The translations under genes and the position numbers were made by a program. Below the pieces are notes generated by a model. The model had not been told where the DNA came from. It did no database searches and saw only the letters and a list, made by a program, of their open reading frames with translations. A stretch of DNA of 64,000 bases from a virus (taxonomy: Duplodnaviria; Caudoviricetes): IMG/VR virus record IMGVR_UViG_3300028886_000028, positions 32,001 through 96,000 of that record. The stretch is one strand, 5' to 3'. Below are positions 39,986 to 49,973 of this stretch, one piece after another (the first letter of the stretch is position 1; each line of letters begins with the position of its first letter).

Positions 39986-40385
39986 ATTGTTCTATTAGTA
40001 TGTTTTTAAGAGCAAGTTTTCTTTCAACTTCGTTAAAAGTTTCTCCAAACATAAAAATCAGTCTTCCATCTTCTGGATATGTTTCATAATCGTCCAATGA
40101 TTCATATGCAATTGCAACAATACCATCTAAAGCGTCTTGCATACCAAAGCAACAATTATTTTGTATTAAATCTAATTTTATTTTAGTTTTAACAATATGT
40201 ATTTCTGTTATATATTCATCAGATGGCATTAAATTATTTACCAAACAGCATGGCTTAAATTCGAAATTTTCCCCCCATGCTTCATCCGGGTTATCAGTAA
40301 ATAAGAATTCATATCTATAATATCCATCATTTTCCTCTCCAACCAATCTAACAAATAGTAAATATATGTTATTTTCTTCTTCCAT
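39984..40385 (-). CDS. Hypothetical protein
   Basis: 133-aa ORF in the helicase operon. Confidence 0.65.
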   Translation of the reverse strand: MEEENNIYLLFVRLVGEENDGYYRYEFLFTDNPDEAWGENFEFKPCCLVNNLMPSDEYITEIHIVKTKIKLDLIQNNCCFGMQDALDGIVAIAYESLDDYETYPEDGRLIFMFGETFNEVERKLALKNILIEQ

Positions 40386-40819
40386 TATTCAACATTTTCG
40401 TTTTTTTCATCATCTGAACTTATTATTCTTTTTTGTTTCGGCGTTTCTCTTTCATCATTAACAACGTATGGGTCAGGTTCTGGATAAAATTCTATAGTAT
40501 TTTCTCCTTTTTTAACTTTTCCATTTTCTACTTTAGGATAAATGTTTAAAGTACCAATTTTTTCAATTGCAGTATAAGGAATATCTTTTATTTTATTCAT
40601 TAAATTTTTGCTTTTATTCAGTGGCAACGAATCAATCTCATATTTTTTCTTTTCAGATGATTTGTTGCAAGTACAAGATTTATCACAACAATTTTTTTCT
40701 TCTTCAATTTCAACGTCTTCTAAATTGAAATTTCGTAGCTTAAATATGATAGTTTTTCCTTCTTTTACTTCGTATTTAATCTCTTTAATTTTGTATTGGT
40801 TTAGCCCTAAATCAATCAT
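40385..40819 (-). CDS. Hypothetical protein
   Basis: 144-aa ORF in the helicase operon. Confidence 0.6.
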   Translation of the reverse strand: MIDLGLNQYKIKEIKYEVKEGKTIIFKLRNFNLEDVEIEEEKNCCDKSCTCNKSSEKKKYEIDSLPLNKSKNLMNKIKDIPYTAIEKIGTLNIYPKVENGKVKKGENTIEFYPEPDPYVVNDERETPKQKRIISSDDEKNENVE

Positions 40820-40823
40820 AATG

Positions 40824-42782
40824 TTATTTATTTTTTTCTGTTAATATTATTTTGTCTATTACTTTTTCTTTATTATGTACTATTTCAAGCATTTTATCAA
40901 AATATGTATCATTAAACGATTGATAATACACCGTACAAGGTTTCGTTTGATTCAATCTGTGAATTCTATCTTCACATTGCAAATTATCAGCTGGTACAAA
41001 TGAGAAATTATTGAAAATTGCAACTGTTGCAGATGTAAGAGTTAGGCCTACCCCTGCTGATATTATGTTACCAATGAATACTTTTACAGAATCATCGTTT
41101 TGAAATTTTTCAACTGCTTCATTTTTCTTTTTTTCTGTGAGTTTTCCATTATGATACACACATATATCGCCAAATTCTTTCCTGAATTTATCTATTTCAT
41201 TGTCATACGCACAAAATATAACAATTTTATGATTTAATTCAATACATTTTTTTGCGAGGCTAATGGTTCTAGGTATCATTTTGTCTGCTAACCATTGTCT
41301 CATAAGGCTTGTTTCTTCTAATTTTTTATATTTTTCAGCCCTTTCTTTATCCTCTTGCATTAAAACATATTCATCCCATAGATTTTCATATGATTTCTTT
41401 TCATCTGGAGACATTTCGTAGTGCAAATATTTTATTTTTTTATCAACAATTGTTGAAAATTCTTCTTTTAAACGTCTTAAATAATATGGCTTAATTATTT
41501 CTTGAAGTTCTTCCATATTAGTGTCTTCGCCAGGAATGCACATTTTTTTACATTTTTTCTCTAAAATTTCATCAAGTTGTTTTTTTTCGTCATTTGAAAG
41601 GTGAAACCAATCTGTTTTCCCAACTGATTTACAGAAAAGAGCAGTGTGAGCGTTTCTTTCGTTCTTTTTATAAAATACTTTTGCTCCACAATACCTTTTC
41701 ATATAATATTGCCAATCTTTTGTTATAGGAAGCCCTATTATTTTAAGCAAATTATACAAATTTTTTGAAGAATTTGTAATCATAGTACCTGTCAACTCAA
41801 AAATACCCTTTGGATTACTCCTTTTAATTAGGTCAGATAGTATTTTAAACCTTCCAGAAGTGCTATTTGAGAGCCTATGTGCTTCATCTATTATAATTAA
41901 GTCATATTGTGCTTGAAAAAGCTGGCTATCTGCCATTGCTTTATCTATTATTTTCTGACTTCTTGAAACAATTTCCTTTTCTTTATATTCGGCGACAACT
42001 TCTCCATCATCATTTACGTTCAATTCCTTTTTTTTTATCTTTTGTATAGGAATTTTATAAAAATTATCTAGAATATCATAGTTAATTATTGTAAATTTTG
42101 CATCTTTCCATTTTGAGCCTTGCACAATTGTTATATCTTCATCATCTACAAGTGTTTTTAATTCGTTTTCCCACGTTTTTTTCACAGATGATGGGGAAAT
42201 TACCAATATGTGCTCAAAATTGCCCTCTAAAGCCGCTAAAATCGCTGAAAAAGTCTTTCCATAACCCATATCTAAAGCAAGAATTCCTTTTTTCCTTGAT
42301 AATAAGAATTTCACTGCTTCTTTTTGGTGCTCATACACTTCTCTGCCACTTTTTTCTTCATATGGTTTGAAATCCACTTCTAGTTTTCTATAATCTTCAA
42401 GCAAAAAGTCTGTTAGAACAGCATTTTTAGGGGCAAATGCCATAATAGCCTTTTCCTGTGACTTTCTATATTTGCAATAAAACAAATAATGTGTTTCTGT
42501 GCAGCCAAGATACCAACCAATAACTAGCAGCCTTGGAGAGAAATCAATTTCCCACTTTTCTTGCAGTTTATCTCCCCACCAATCTGCTATTTTAACTAAT
42601 TTATTAACGTATTTTGGTTCTTTATCGTAATTTCTTAATATGAATTCAGATTGAAAATCATTAAGTGTTGCTGTTTTATATGCATATACATTGTTTTTAA
42701 GGTCAATAATATAAGAATTATTACCTTTATATTTTTTTAAAATATCATATGATTTTTTTATTTTATCTAGTGATAACGCCAT
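40824..42782 (-). CDS. SNF2-family (SF2) helicase/translocase
   Basis: DMGYGKT, IIDEAH, LTGT, AGVGLTL and QCEDRIHR motifs. Confidence 0.9.
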   Translation of the reverse strand: MALSLDKIKKSYDILKKYKGNNSYIIDLKNNVYAYKTATLNDFQSEFILRNYDKEPKYVNKLVKIADWWGDKLQEKWEIDFSPRLLVIGWYLGCTETHYLFYCKYRKSQEKAIMAFAPKNAVLTDFLLEDYRKLEVDFKPYEEKSGREVYEHQKEAVKFLLSRKKGILALDMGYGKTFSAILAALEGNFEHILVISPSSVKKTWENELKTLVDDEDITIVQGSKWKDAKFTIINYDILDNFYKIPIQKIKKKELNVNDDGEVVAEYKEKEIVSRSQKIIDKAMADSQLFQAQYDLIIIDEAHRLSNSTSGRFKILSDLIKRSNPKGIFELTGTMITNSSKNLYNLLKIIGLPITKDWQYYMKRYCGAKVFYKKNERNAHTALFCKSVGKTDWFHLSNDEKKQLDEILEKKCKKMCIPGEDTNMEELQEIIKPYYLRRLKEEFSTIVDKKIKYLHYEMSPDEKKSYENLWDEYVLMQEDKERAEKYKKLEETSLMRQWLADKMIPRTISLAKKCIELNHKIVIFCAYDNEIDKFRKEFGDICVYHNGKLTEKKKNEAVEKFQNDDSVKVFIGNIISAGVGLTLTSATVAIFNNFSFVPADNLQCEDRIHRLNQTKPCTVYYQSFNDTYFDKMLEIVHNKEKVIDKIILTEKNK

Positions 42783-42885
42783 TTTATTAATTATATTTTA
42801 TACTTTGTATAAAATATAAGATTTTTTTAAAAACAATCAAGTTTATTTGTTTTAAGTACTATTTATTGTAAATAAAGTGTTTTTT

Positions 42886-43575
42886 ATGAAAATTTTATTG
42901 TCAGAATCTCAATTTAAAAAGATATGCGAGGCAATGATGCCAGGGTTTAGACTTGATTATTTAACATCTGCTCAATCATTTAGTGAAAGGAACAAATATT
43001 GTTTGAAAATGTTGGGTGAACCTGTAGGAAAAGGTTCAAGTAGAATTGTCTACCAAATAGACGATGAGACTTGCCTTAAATTGGCATGGAATGAAAAAGG
43101 TATTGAACAAAATTTGGAAGAAATTTCTATAGCAAGTGATGGGTTTATATCTTATATACCTAAAATATATAATGGTAGTGATGAAGAAAATGGTTTGTGG
43201 ATTATAACACAATACGTTTTACCAGCAAAAGCGTCAGATTTTAAAGAAATACTTGGAATACCTTTCAGAGACGTAGCTAAATTTGCAAAAAATACAGATG
43301 ATAGATTTAAATATAAATCAGGGCAATTTTATATGAACATTGCTGATAATATTGTGCGTAAATTATACCAAAAGTATGAAGATAATTATGATGTAATATC
43401 TTTATTCAATGATATTAGCGATTTAAAAGCAAATTATAATCAACTTGTTATTGATTTGGCAGCAATACGAAATTGGGGTATGGTAAGAGAAAATGGAAAC
43501 ACATACATGGTAATGTTAGATACTGGTTTTAGCGAAGAAGTTTATAACCAATATTATAAAAGTAATTTTAGATAA
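42886..43575 (+). CDS. Protein kinase-like protein
   Basis: GKGSSRIVY (Gly loop), LKLA (Lys), QNLEE (helix C), DLAAIRNWG (catalytic loop), LDTGF (DFG-like). Confidence 0.7.
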   Translation: MKILLSESQFKKICEAMMPGFRLDYLTSAQSFSERNKYCLKMLGEPVGKGSSRIVYQIDDETCLKLAWNEKGIEQNLEEISIASDGFISYIPKIYNGSDEENGLWIITQYVLPAKASDFKEILGIPFRDVAKFAKNTDDRFKYKSGQFYMNIADNIVRKLYQKYEDNYDVISLFNDISDLKANYNQLVIDLAAIRNWGMVRENGNTYMVMLDTGFSEEVYNQYYKSNFR

Positions 43576-43576
43576 T

Positions 43577-44119
43577 ATGGCAAATTTACAATTTAACGCA
43601 AAAAATATAAAACGTGTTCCAATAAATAGAAATAATATTTTCTATTCTGAAGAATCATTTGCTTTTGAGGGTGCTATCGGAAAAAACTATATTGAACAAG
43701 ATATGAATCAAACTGCTGTTTTATATCAAGTTGACGCTAGCGCAACTAATATACATGATGTCTATGGAGAAACGCAGTCAGATAATGTTCAATTTAAAAC
43801 CCCAGTAGAATTCCATTGCGTTTATAAAATTGAACAGCCAGAATTGAAAGCATATGATAAAACGAAAAACATTGGCACTTATATGAAAACCGGTAAGCTG
43901 ACCATTGGCGTTTATGAAGAAACTTTAAAAGAACTTGGGATAGATATTAAAAAAGGAGATTATATTGGAATACAAATAACCCCTGAACATATGGAGTTCT
44001 TTAGTGTGACAAATGATGGAAAAAATAACTATGATAATGCTCATACATTGTTCGGTGTTAAACCTTTATATAGAACAGTGCAGTGTTATCCGGTTGATTC
44101 AAGCGAATTCCAAGCATAG
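43577..44119 (+). CDS. Neck / head-closure protein (T4 gp14-like)
   Basis: LYQVD..DVYGE..F..PVE..LKELGIDIKKGDYI..FFSV pattern; virion gene context. Confidence 0.55.
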   Translation: MANLQFNAKNIKRVPINRNNIFYSEESFAFEGAIGKNYIEQDMNQTAVLYQVDASATNIHDVYGETQSDNVQFKTPVEFHCVYKIEQPELKAYDKTKNIGTYMKTGKLTIGVYEETLKELGIDIKKGDYIGIQITPEHMEFFSVTNDGKNNYDNAHTLFGVKPLYRTVQCYPVDSSEFQA

Positions 44120-44120
44120 T

Positions 44121-45179
44121 ATGAAAGTTATATTAACAGAGGAACAGTTTATAAAATTAACAGAGTCTGCCGAAAATTTGGACTCTCCGTTATATCATTA
44201 CACATATTTATCTTTTTTGATAGGTATGTTAGAAACCGGCACGTTTGAAACGTCTTACGACGATTTTGATTATTATAGAGCAGATAGACAAAATGGAGTT
44301 CTGCGGTGTGGTGGCGAAGATACAAGAGATTATATATCATTTACAAGGGATAAAATGTATAATGTTAACATGGATAAGGGTTTGTATAGTATTCCTTCTT
44401 TTAGAGGTTCTTACGAAAAAACGGATTACATAGGCCCACAAGTTAGAATACAATTTAATCCTAATTTTGTAAAAAATGTTAGAAATGGTAGATTACAACC
44501 TTATTTTTTTGACAGTTATCCAGACCAAAAGGAAGAAAAACTATATTTTGAGAAAGACACAAAATCAATACCATTAGATACAAAATATATTGAAAAGATA
44601 GATATTCTTCTTCAAGTTTTAAGAAAAGACGATATTCCTTTCATTAAAAAATTATTTGATTTCCCTGAAATCGTTGGTAAAACACGAATTTATTATGTTA
44701 AATACGCTGTCAGCCAATGGTCTATAGATAGAAGCAATGGCAAAGCGATAAAAGACGATAATTATAAATTGTATATTGAATTTTTAAAAGGCAATGAAAA
44801 GTTTTCAACTCCATTAATTTCATTAAAAAATGTTTTACACTATTTTTCTGATGATGAATTAAACAATTATAAAGAACCTTCTTATATGGAAAAATATTAT
44901 AATGGAAATGTAAAAGATGAAAATGAACAATGGGAATTAAATAATAAAAGGAAAAAATATACTGACAAAATTATTTCATTATATAATCAGGCCACTGATG
45001 AGCAGAAAAAAGAAATAAGAAACATATATAGAAAGTATAAAGATAAATTAGCAATGCCGTTATCGTATAAAATTCATGACCAGACCACAGGCTATAAAGG
45101 TGATTTTAGTGATGATGTAGGGTATTTGGAAAAGTTTTACGATGATGTTAACGAAATTTTTGAACGTTTTGAATTATGA
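44121..45179 (+). CDS. Putative ART-fold protein with an MKVILTEEQF leader
   Basis: LYHYT..ISFTRD..VRI.F..EEKL (H-S-E-like arrangement). Confidence 0.4.
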   Translation: MKVILTEEQFIKLTESAENLDSPLYHYTYLSFLIGMLETGTFETSYDDFDYYRADRQNGVLRCGGEDTRDYISFTRDKMYNVNMDKGLYSIPSFRGSYEKTDYIGPQVRIQFNPNFVKNVRNGRLQPYFFDSYPDQKEEKLYFEKDTKSIPLDTKYIEKIDILLQVLRKDDIPFIKKLFDFPEIVGKTRIYYVKYAVSQWSIDRSNGKAIKDDNYKLYIEFLKGNEKFSTPLISLKNVLHYFSDDELNNYKEPSYMEKYYNGNVKDENEQWELNNKRKKYTDKIISLYNQATDEQKKEIRNIYRKYKDKLAMPLSYKIHDQTTGYKGDFSDDVGYLEKFYDDVNEIFERFEL

Positions 45180-45202
45180 AAAATATTTATAAAAAAAATT
45201 AT

Positions 45203-45967
45203 ATGAAAAAGATAATTAGGTTAACAGAAGGTGATTTACATAAAATTATAAAGGAATCCGTTAAAAAAATAATAAAAGAGGCATCTATATATCCAGGATA
45301 TAATAGCACATCAACACAAGGCATGACACCTATTAATAATAAAAACTATGAGTATGACCCATCAACGTTTACTGGGGTTGACAAAACAATGGGTTATGCA
45401 CAAAAATTCAAGTATAATGGTGATGACCCAGAATGGTTTAGAGAGACACTAAGAATATCAGATGGAGATGATTTCAATCCAGATTGGATGGAAAGCGCCG
45501 GCGTAGATTTTGAAGGGGATACAGCTTTCGATGTTGATTCTTTGTATAATAGTATAACGGAAAAACTCATTAGCGCAGGAGTAAAAGATGTTACTGAAGC
45601 ACATAAAAATGTTTATCAAAACGCATATGGTGGCGGAAACTACGATGATGAAGAATATTATGTTGTAAATCCTGAATTTGTAAAACATTTTTTAAGTGCA
45701 AGTGGAGAACAGCGTTTACATAAACAAGGATATGTGTATAATTGGTTTATTGAATTGGGTGATAGAACATTTTGTTCAAGACATAATTTTGATGATGAAG
45801 ACATTGCACAAGAAAATTGCGATAAATATATAAAATTAATAAACAAGTTAGGCGGAAGTTGTGAAGCGTGGGTAGATGGAATATCTTTAGAAAACGGAAA
45901 ATATATAATGGATACATGTTTAGCCTATGAAAATTTTGGCGGCGGAGAGCCTTTTTGGATGGATTAA
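45203..45967 (+). CDS. Hypothetical protein with an MKKIIRLTEGDLHKIIKESV leader
   Basis: Start follows ATATTTAT at 45183. Confidence 0.7.
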   Translation: MKKIIRLTEGDLHKIIKESVKKIIKEASIYPGYNSTSTQGMTPINNKNYEYDPSTFTGVDKTMGYAQKFKYNGDDPEWFRETLRISDGDDFNPDWMESAGVDFEGDTAFDVDSLYNSITEKLISAGVKDVTEAHKNVYQNAYGGGNYDDEEYYVVNPEFVKHFLSASGEQRLHKQGYVYNWFIELGDRTFCSRHNFDDEDIAQENCDKYIKLINKLGGSCEAWVDGISLENGKYIMDTCLAYENFGGGEPFWMD

Positions 45968-45984
45968 TTAAAAAAATATTAATT

Positions 45985-47082
45985 ATGATTAACGAAGCAG
46001 ATATAACAAGAAGGTTTAGAAACCTTGTTTCAACAGCACAACTTGTAAAAAAGATTGCTCAACATGGGTATTTCAGTTTTAAAAATATTGTAAACGAAGC
46101 CGTTGATGAAGATTATGGCCAATATAAAATGCCAACTATTAATGATATAGAAGGAGAAACAATGACAACTATATATCGAGTGGCTTTTAAATATCAATTG
46201 GACAGTATTTTTGAATTCGGATATAATAGAGCATTTACTGGTTCAAAAGGTGGCAATATGTATGGAGCAGGAGTTTATTGCACTTATAAGTTAGAAGATA
46301 GCATACATAATGTAAAAACAAAATCAGAATACGGCGATTGTATCGTTAAAATGTTTTTAATAGGCGGCTTTGATGGGTTTATAATATTTGATGAACGTAA
46401 TGCAAGGCGTATGTATGGTAATTTTTGGCGCATTAAAGACCAATTAATTCATAGATATGGAGTTGACAGTTTCGAGGCTGAAAGAATTGAGAGACGTTGT
46501 TCTTCATCAGGAGTAGATTTATACCACGGAAGAACAGCTCCTGCCGCATATACTTTTGCGTCTGATTATAAAAATTTAATAAAAGAAAAGGGGATAAGAG
46601 GCGTCATATATAAAGGTAATAGAGACGGACATTGTGTAGTACCTTATGATTTTAGTGCAGTAATACCTTATTCTGTGTCATTTGACCAAGGTAAAACATT
46701 TAAAAAAATGTTTAAGCCGGAAACATACCAAAGAATGCATGATAGTATAGATGTGCAATTTAGATATGGTAATAGATATGCAAAGGTTTTTGAAAGTGTA
46801 AAAGGTTTTACGATGGTTCAAAAAAGAGACGGTAAATATAATTTCATTGATAATAGTGATGATAAAGAACTATCTCCAATATGGTTCGATGAAATATTAA
46901 GCAAAATAAACCCTAATAATGGAACTTTTGGCTTTAGATGGGGAGGGCATGATTTTATTGGCTCTATAATGTCGCCACAAGGCTCATCAGAAAAGGGGTG
47001 CATAATGGATGATGGACAACCTTATTGCGATTTTTCTGATTTACCAGAACTTGTTCAAGCGATAGAAAATGGAGAAGAGTAA
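45985..47082 (+). CDS. ADP-ribosyltransferase-like (PARP-type signature) protein with a C-terminal WG-like repeat
   Basis: IYRV..SIFEFGY..GNMYGAGVYCT..YGDCIVK; GFTMV..GKYNFID..WFD. Confidence 0.5.
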   Translation: MINEADITRRFRNLVSTAQLVKKIAQHGYFSFKNIVNEAVDEDYGQYKMPTINDIEGETMTTIYRVAFKYQLDSIFEFGYNRAFTGSKGGNMYGAGVYCTYKLEDSIHNVKTKSEYGDCIVKMFLIGGFDGFIIFDERNARRMYGNFWRIKDQLIHRYGVDSFEAERIERRCSSSGVDLYHGRTAPAAYTFASDYKNLIKEKGIRGVIYKGNRDGHCVVPYDFSAVIPYSVSFDQGKTFKKMFKPETYQRMHDSIDVQFRYGNRYAKVFESVKGFTMVQKRDGKYNFIDNSDDKELSPIWFDEILSKINPNNGTFGFRWGGHDFIGSIMSPQGSSEKGCIMDDGQPYCDFSDLPELVQAIENGEE

Positions 47083-47086
47083 AAAT

Positions 47087-47113
47087 AAAAAGAGTGGTTT
47101 TTCCACTCTTTTT
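47087..47113. terminator. Bidirectional terminator
   Basis: aaaaagagtgg-tttt-ccactcttttt. Confidence 0.8.
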
Positions 47114-47163
47114 AAATTGTATATAGCTATTTTGTTTAATAGTTAACATGTATATGGTTCACT

Positions 47164-48690
47164 TTATTTTACCATTCTATTGAACAAATCAACAAAATCA
47201 TTTTTAATTTTTCTTTGTTCTTCAATTTGTTCTTCAGGTAAGCCATATTTTTTAATTGCCATGTTAATAATATCATCTATCGTAAATTCTTTTTTATTTT
47301 CCATTACTTCAAGTATTTTTGATTCTGAAATTTTCTTTGCCATTGTTGGTATTATTGAGTTTGTTATTGTAAATATTGACATTACATCATTATCGTTATA
47401 CGTAATATTACCACCTATACCTGTTAAAATTTTATGATTTGCTTCATTAATTCCTGAACTTATAGCGACTATCAATGTTGATACTAACGCAATTCGTTCT
47501 ATATCTTGAGGTTTTACATAACCAAGAGATTTTGCCATTACTTTAGAATATTGATAAGTTCCATCTACAATAAATTTTTCATCAGATACATTTTTTAAAG
47601 TTGGTATGTTTTTCTTTCCGCATAACCATTCTATTATTCCTTTCCTTTTTTTCATTGCGGTGCTTGAACTTGCTGATGGCTGAGTCTGTTGCTGCGTTTG
47701 AACACTTCCAATTTGGGCTTTTAATTCATCTTCTTTAGTTTGAGCAACTGAATTAATTTCACCGGTTAAATTGTTTATTAACCCCATGTCATTTGTGAAA
47801 ACATCATCTTTCGGGTCTGATGGCGGTATTGTATCTGCTACGTCATACATTATAACTTTATAAAATCCACCATTTCCTTTGTTAGCATCCATTTCAATGC
47901 TTCCAATTGTTTGTACTGAATTTTTAGTAAAATCTTTAGCATCTTTCATATCTTGGAAGCCATGTGCTCTAGCAGAATTATTCCTTGCCGCCCAAGATGT
48001 ATTTCCATAATTTGATGATTTAACAACTATGATTTTTTGCGCCCCAGGTTTAATTTGCCTGTTAAACTTTAAACGCCAAGTTTCTGGTGTTGTTACAAAA
48101 CTAGCCATAGGGTTTTGAGATAAGATGCTCATAACGTTTTTCTTACTAAGTACATGCCCATATTTTTTAGCGCATGCGACTGTAGTTTGGAAATTAAGAA
48201 GCGTTTTTCTAAAGTTAGGGTCTTGTAACTTTGTAAGCATTTCTTTCCAGTTTGAGGCTATGTTAGCATTACTATTTGCAATGTCTGCTTCTGTTGGGCA
48301 TTGTGCTATTTTATCCATCAATGAATCGCCAAATGAATCAGCTGACGTGTCGTTATATGTTCCTAAACTTTTTATGCAATTAGTTATTTTGTCAATAAAT
48401 GTTGTGCCTAATTCGTTGATTTTATCAATGTTTATTTTTAAAATAATACCTTTATCATATTTAGGATGCGCAACAGCAACCATTATATTATTAGGAATAT
48501 TCGCAGCCCATGAATTAATTAATTGTTGTCTGTCTGTTGGGTTAATTCCATCAACATATGCTTCAAGATATTCTTTTTCTTTACCTGTAACTTTACTTCT
48601 CGCTTTTTTAGCTTCGCAATGACTAATTCTTATAAAAGATTTAGATGAAGTATTATTATTAAATTTGTTAAATTTTTTTGGTAGTGCCAT
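47164..48690 (-). CDS. ArdC-N-like ssDNA-binding domain protein
   Basis: LSKKNVMSILSQNPMASFV...W..KFNRQIKPGA..I..MYDVADT resembles the ArdC/DUF1738 N-terminal pattern. Confidence 0.55.
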   Translation of the reverse strand: MALPKKFNKFNNNTSSKSFIRISHCEAKKARSKVTGKEKEYLEAYVDGINPTDRQQLINSWAANIPNNIMVAVAHPKYDKGIILKINIDKINELGTTFIDKITNCIKSLGTYNDTSADSFGDSLMDKIAQCPTEADIANSNANIASNWKEMLTKLQDPNFRKTLLNFQTTVACAKKYGHVLSKKNVMSILSQNPMASFVTTPETWRLKFNRQIKPGAQKIIVVKSSNYGNTSWAARNNSARAHGFQDMKDAKDFTKNSVQTIGSIEMDANKGNGGFYKVIMYDVADTIPPSDPKDDVFTNDMGLINNLTGEINSVAQTKEDELKAQIGSVQTQQQTQPSASSSTAMKKRKGIIEWLCGKKNIPTLKNVSDEKFIVDGTYQYSKVMAKSLGYVKPQDIERIALVSTLIVAISSGINEANHKILTGIGGNITYNDNDVMSIFTITNSIIPTMAKKISESKILEVMENKKEFTIDDIINMAIKKYGLPEEQIEEQRKIKNDFVDLFNRMVK

Positions 48691-48713
48691 AGTGCATTTT
48701 GTATTTTAATTAA

Positions 48714-48729
48714 TTATAAATATTTATAA
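48714..48729. promoter_or_regulatory. 16-bp palindromic late-promoter candidate serving divergent genes
   Basis: TTATAAATATTTATAA between 48690(-) and 48765(+). Confidence 0.55.
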
Positions 48730-48764
48730 ATAAAAAAAACTTTGATAATTTAAGTAATGTAATT

Positions 48765-49961
48765 ATGGTACAATATAATGATTTAACGCAGCAAGAATCT
48801 ATTAAAAATATCAGTAATTTATTGAATGAAGCTGATGTATCAAGAAGGTTTAGGAATTTAATATGCACATCAACACTTGTTAAATACATCGCTAAGTGTG
48901 GGTATGAAGGAAAATATACAGAAGAAGCGTTATATAAAACGTTAGAAAAGTGTGGTATTAAACCTAAAACTTATCGTGGAGGTAAACCATATTTCAATAG
49001 GAAAAATGCATGTAATTGCGTTGAAAAACACATATTTGATATAAGAGATATGGCGGAAAAAATGGAACAGTATAATCAACCAAAAGACGAAACTGAATGG
49101 AATGTTGGTTATGGCAGGGGCGATATGAGTGTTGCCTCTAGAGAAATGTTGGCTAACGATGGTGTGTTTGGTTCTGATGAAAATGAGTTGTATAAAACAA
49201 ACGAAAGCAAAAAAATTATCAGAATATCTGAAGATAAACTAAAATTGTTTACAATAAATGTTAAGCAATTAGAAGAAGCCTATGATTGGAATGCATGGGG
49301 TTCATTAGAAGGCGGCATCGGTAAAAGACCGTATCGTAAAACAGCAACAGCAGAAATGCCAAAGAGAAAGCCAGTAAAAAGTTTTTACGACGCAAAAACA
49401 GTTAGCCAAATAGGTAAAACATTAAGAAAGGCATGGGATTCTTTAAAATTGAGGGCAATAATAGGCTATAATAGAAATGTTACTCGTATATACGGACGTG
49501 GTAACGCTGATGCTATTTACAATTTTTTTAATGATAATGGAGAAAATATGTTTGCCAAATTTGCAGAAAAATATAACACAATTTCAAAATTAACAAGCGA
49601 TATTGAAAAGTGGGCAAAGGAAGGCGATAGAAACGGGGTAGATTATAGATTACGTGATTTGCCTAAAAATTTAGAAGAACTTGCTATTATGTTAAATGGG
49701 CTTTTTAACAAATATAAAGAATTGAAAAGAGTTCGCCAATTCAGCCCAACTTTAAATGGTAATGCAAATATGGTCGGAAATATGATAGATGGATATAAAA
49801 CAACTAATGGATTATCTGATTTAGTAATTGCAAAAAGTCCGGCAGAATTATCAAAAATAACAAGCCAACTTAATACTTGTGCCGAATACATTAGAAATAT
49901 GTGGGGAGATAACCTTGAAGGTGGAACAGTTAGGGATGGCTCAGATAGAATTGTACGTTAA
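48765..49961 (+). CDS. Two-domain hypothetical protein with an internal KKIIRISE linker
   Basis: N-terminal NEADVSRRFRNL..GY segment shared with the 45985 gene. Confidence 0.65.
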   Translation: MVQYNDLTQQESIKNISNLLNEADVSRRFRNLICTSTLVKYIAKCGYEGKYTEEALYKTLEKCGIKPKTYRGGKPYFNRKNACNCVEKHIFDIRDMAEKMEQYNQPKDETEWNVGYGRGDMSVASREMLANDGVFGSDENELYKTNESKKIIRISEDKLKLFTINVKQLEEAYDWNAWGSLEGGIGKRPYRKTATAEMPKRKPVKSFYDAKTVSQIGKTLRKAWDSLKLRAIIGYNRNVTRIYGRGNADAIYNFFNDNGENMFAKFAEKYNTISKLTSDIEKWAKEGDRNGVDYRLRDLPKNLEELAIMLNGLFNKYKELKRVRQFSPTLNGNANMVGNMIDGYKTTNGLSDLVIAKSPAELSKITSQLNTCAEYIRNMWGDNLEGGTVRDGSDRIVR

Positions 49962-49973
49962 TAGTAAAAAACA

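Noticed and set aside
35889-42782. Inteins or introns in the polymerase or helicase
   Set aside because: Catalytic motifs are contiguous; no intein splice-junction or LAGLIDADG motifs seen.
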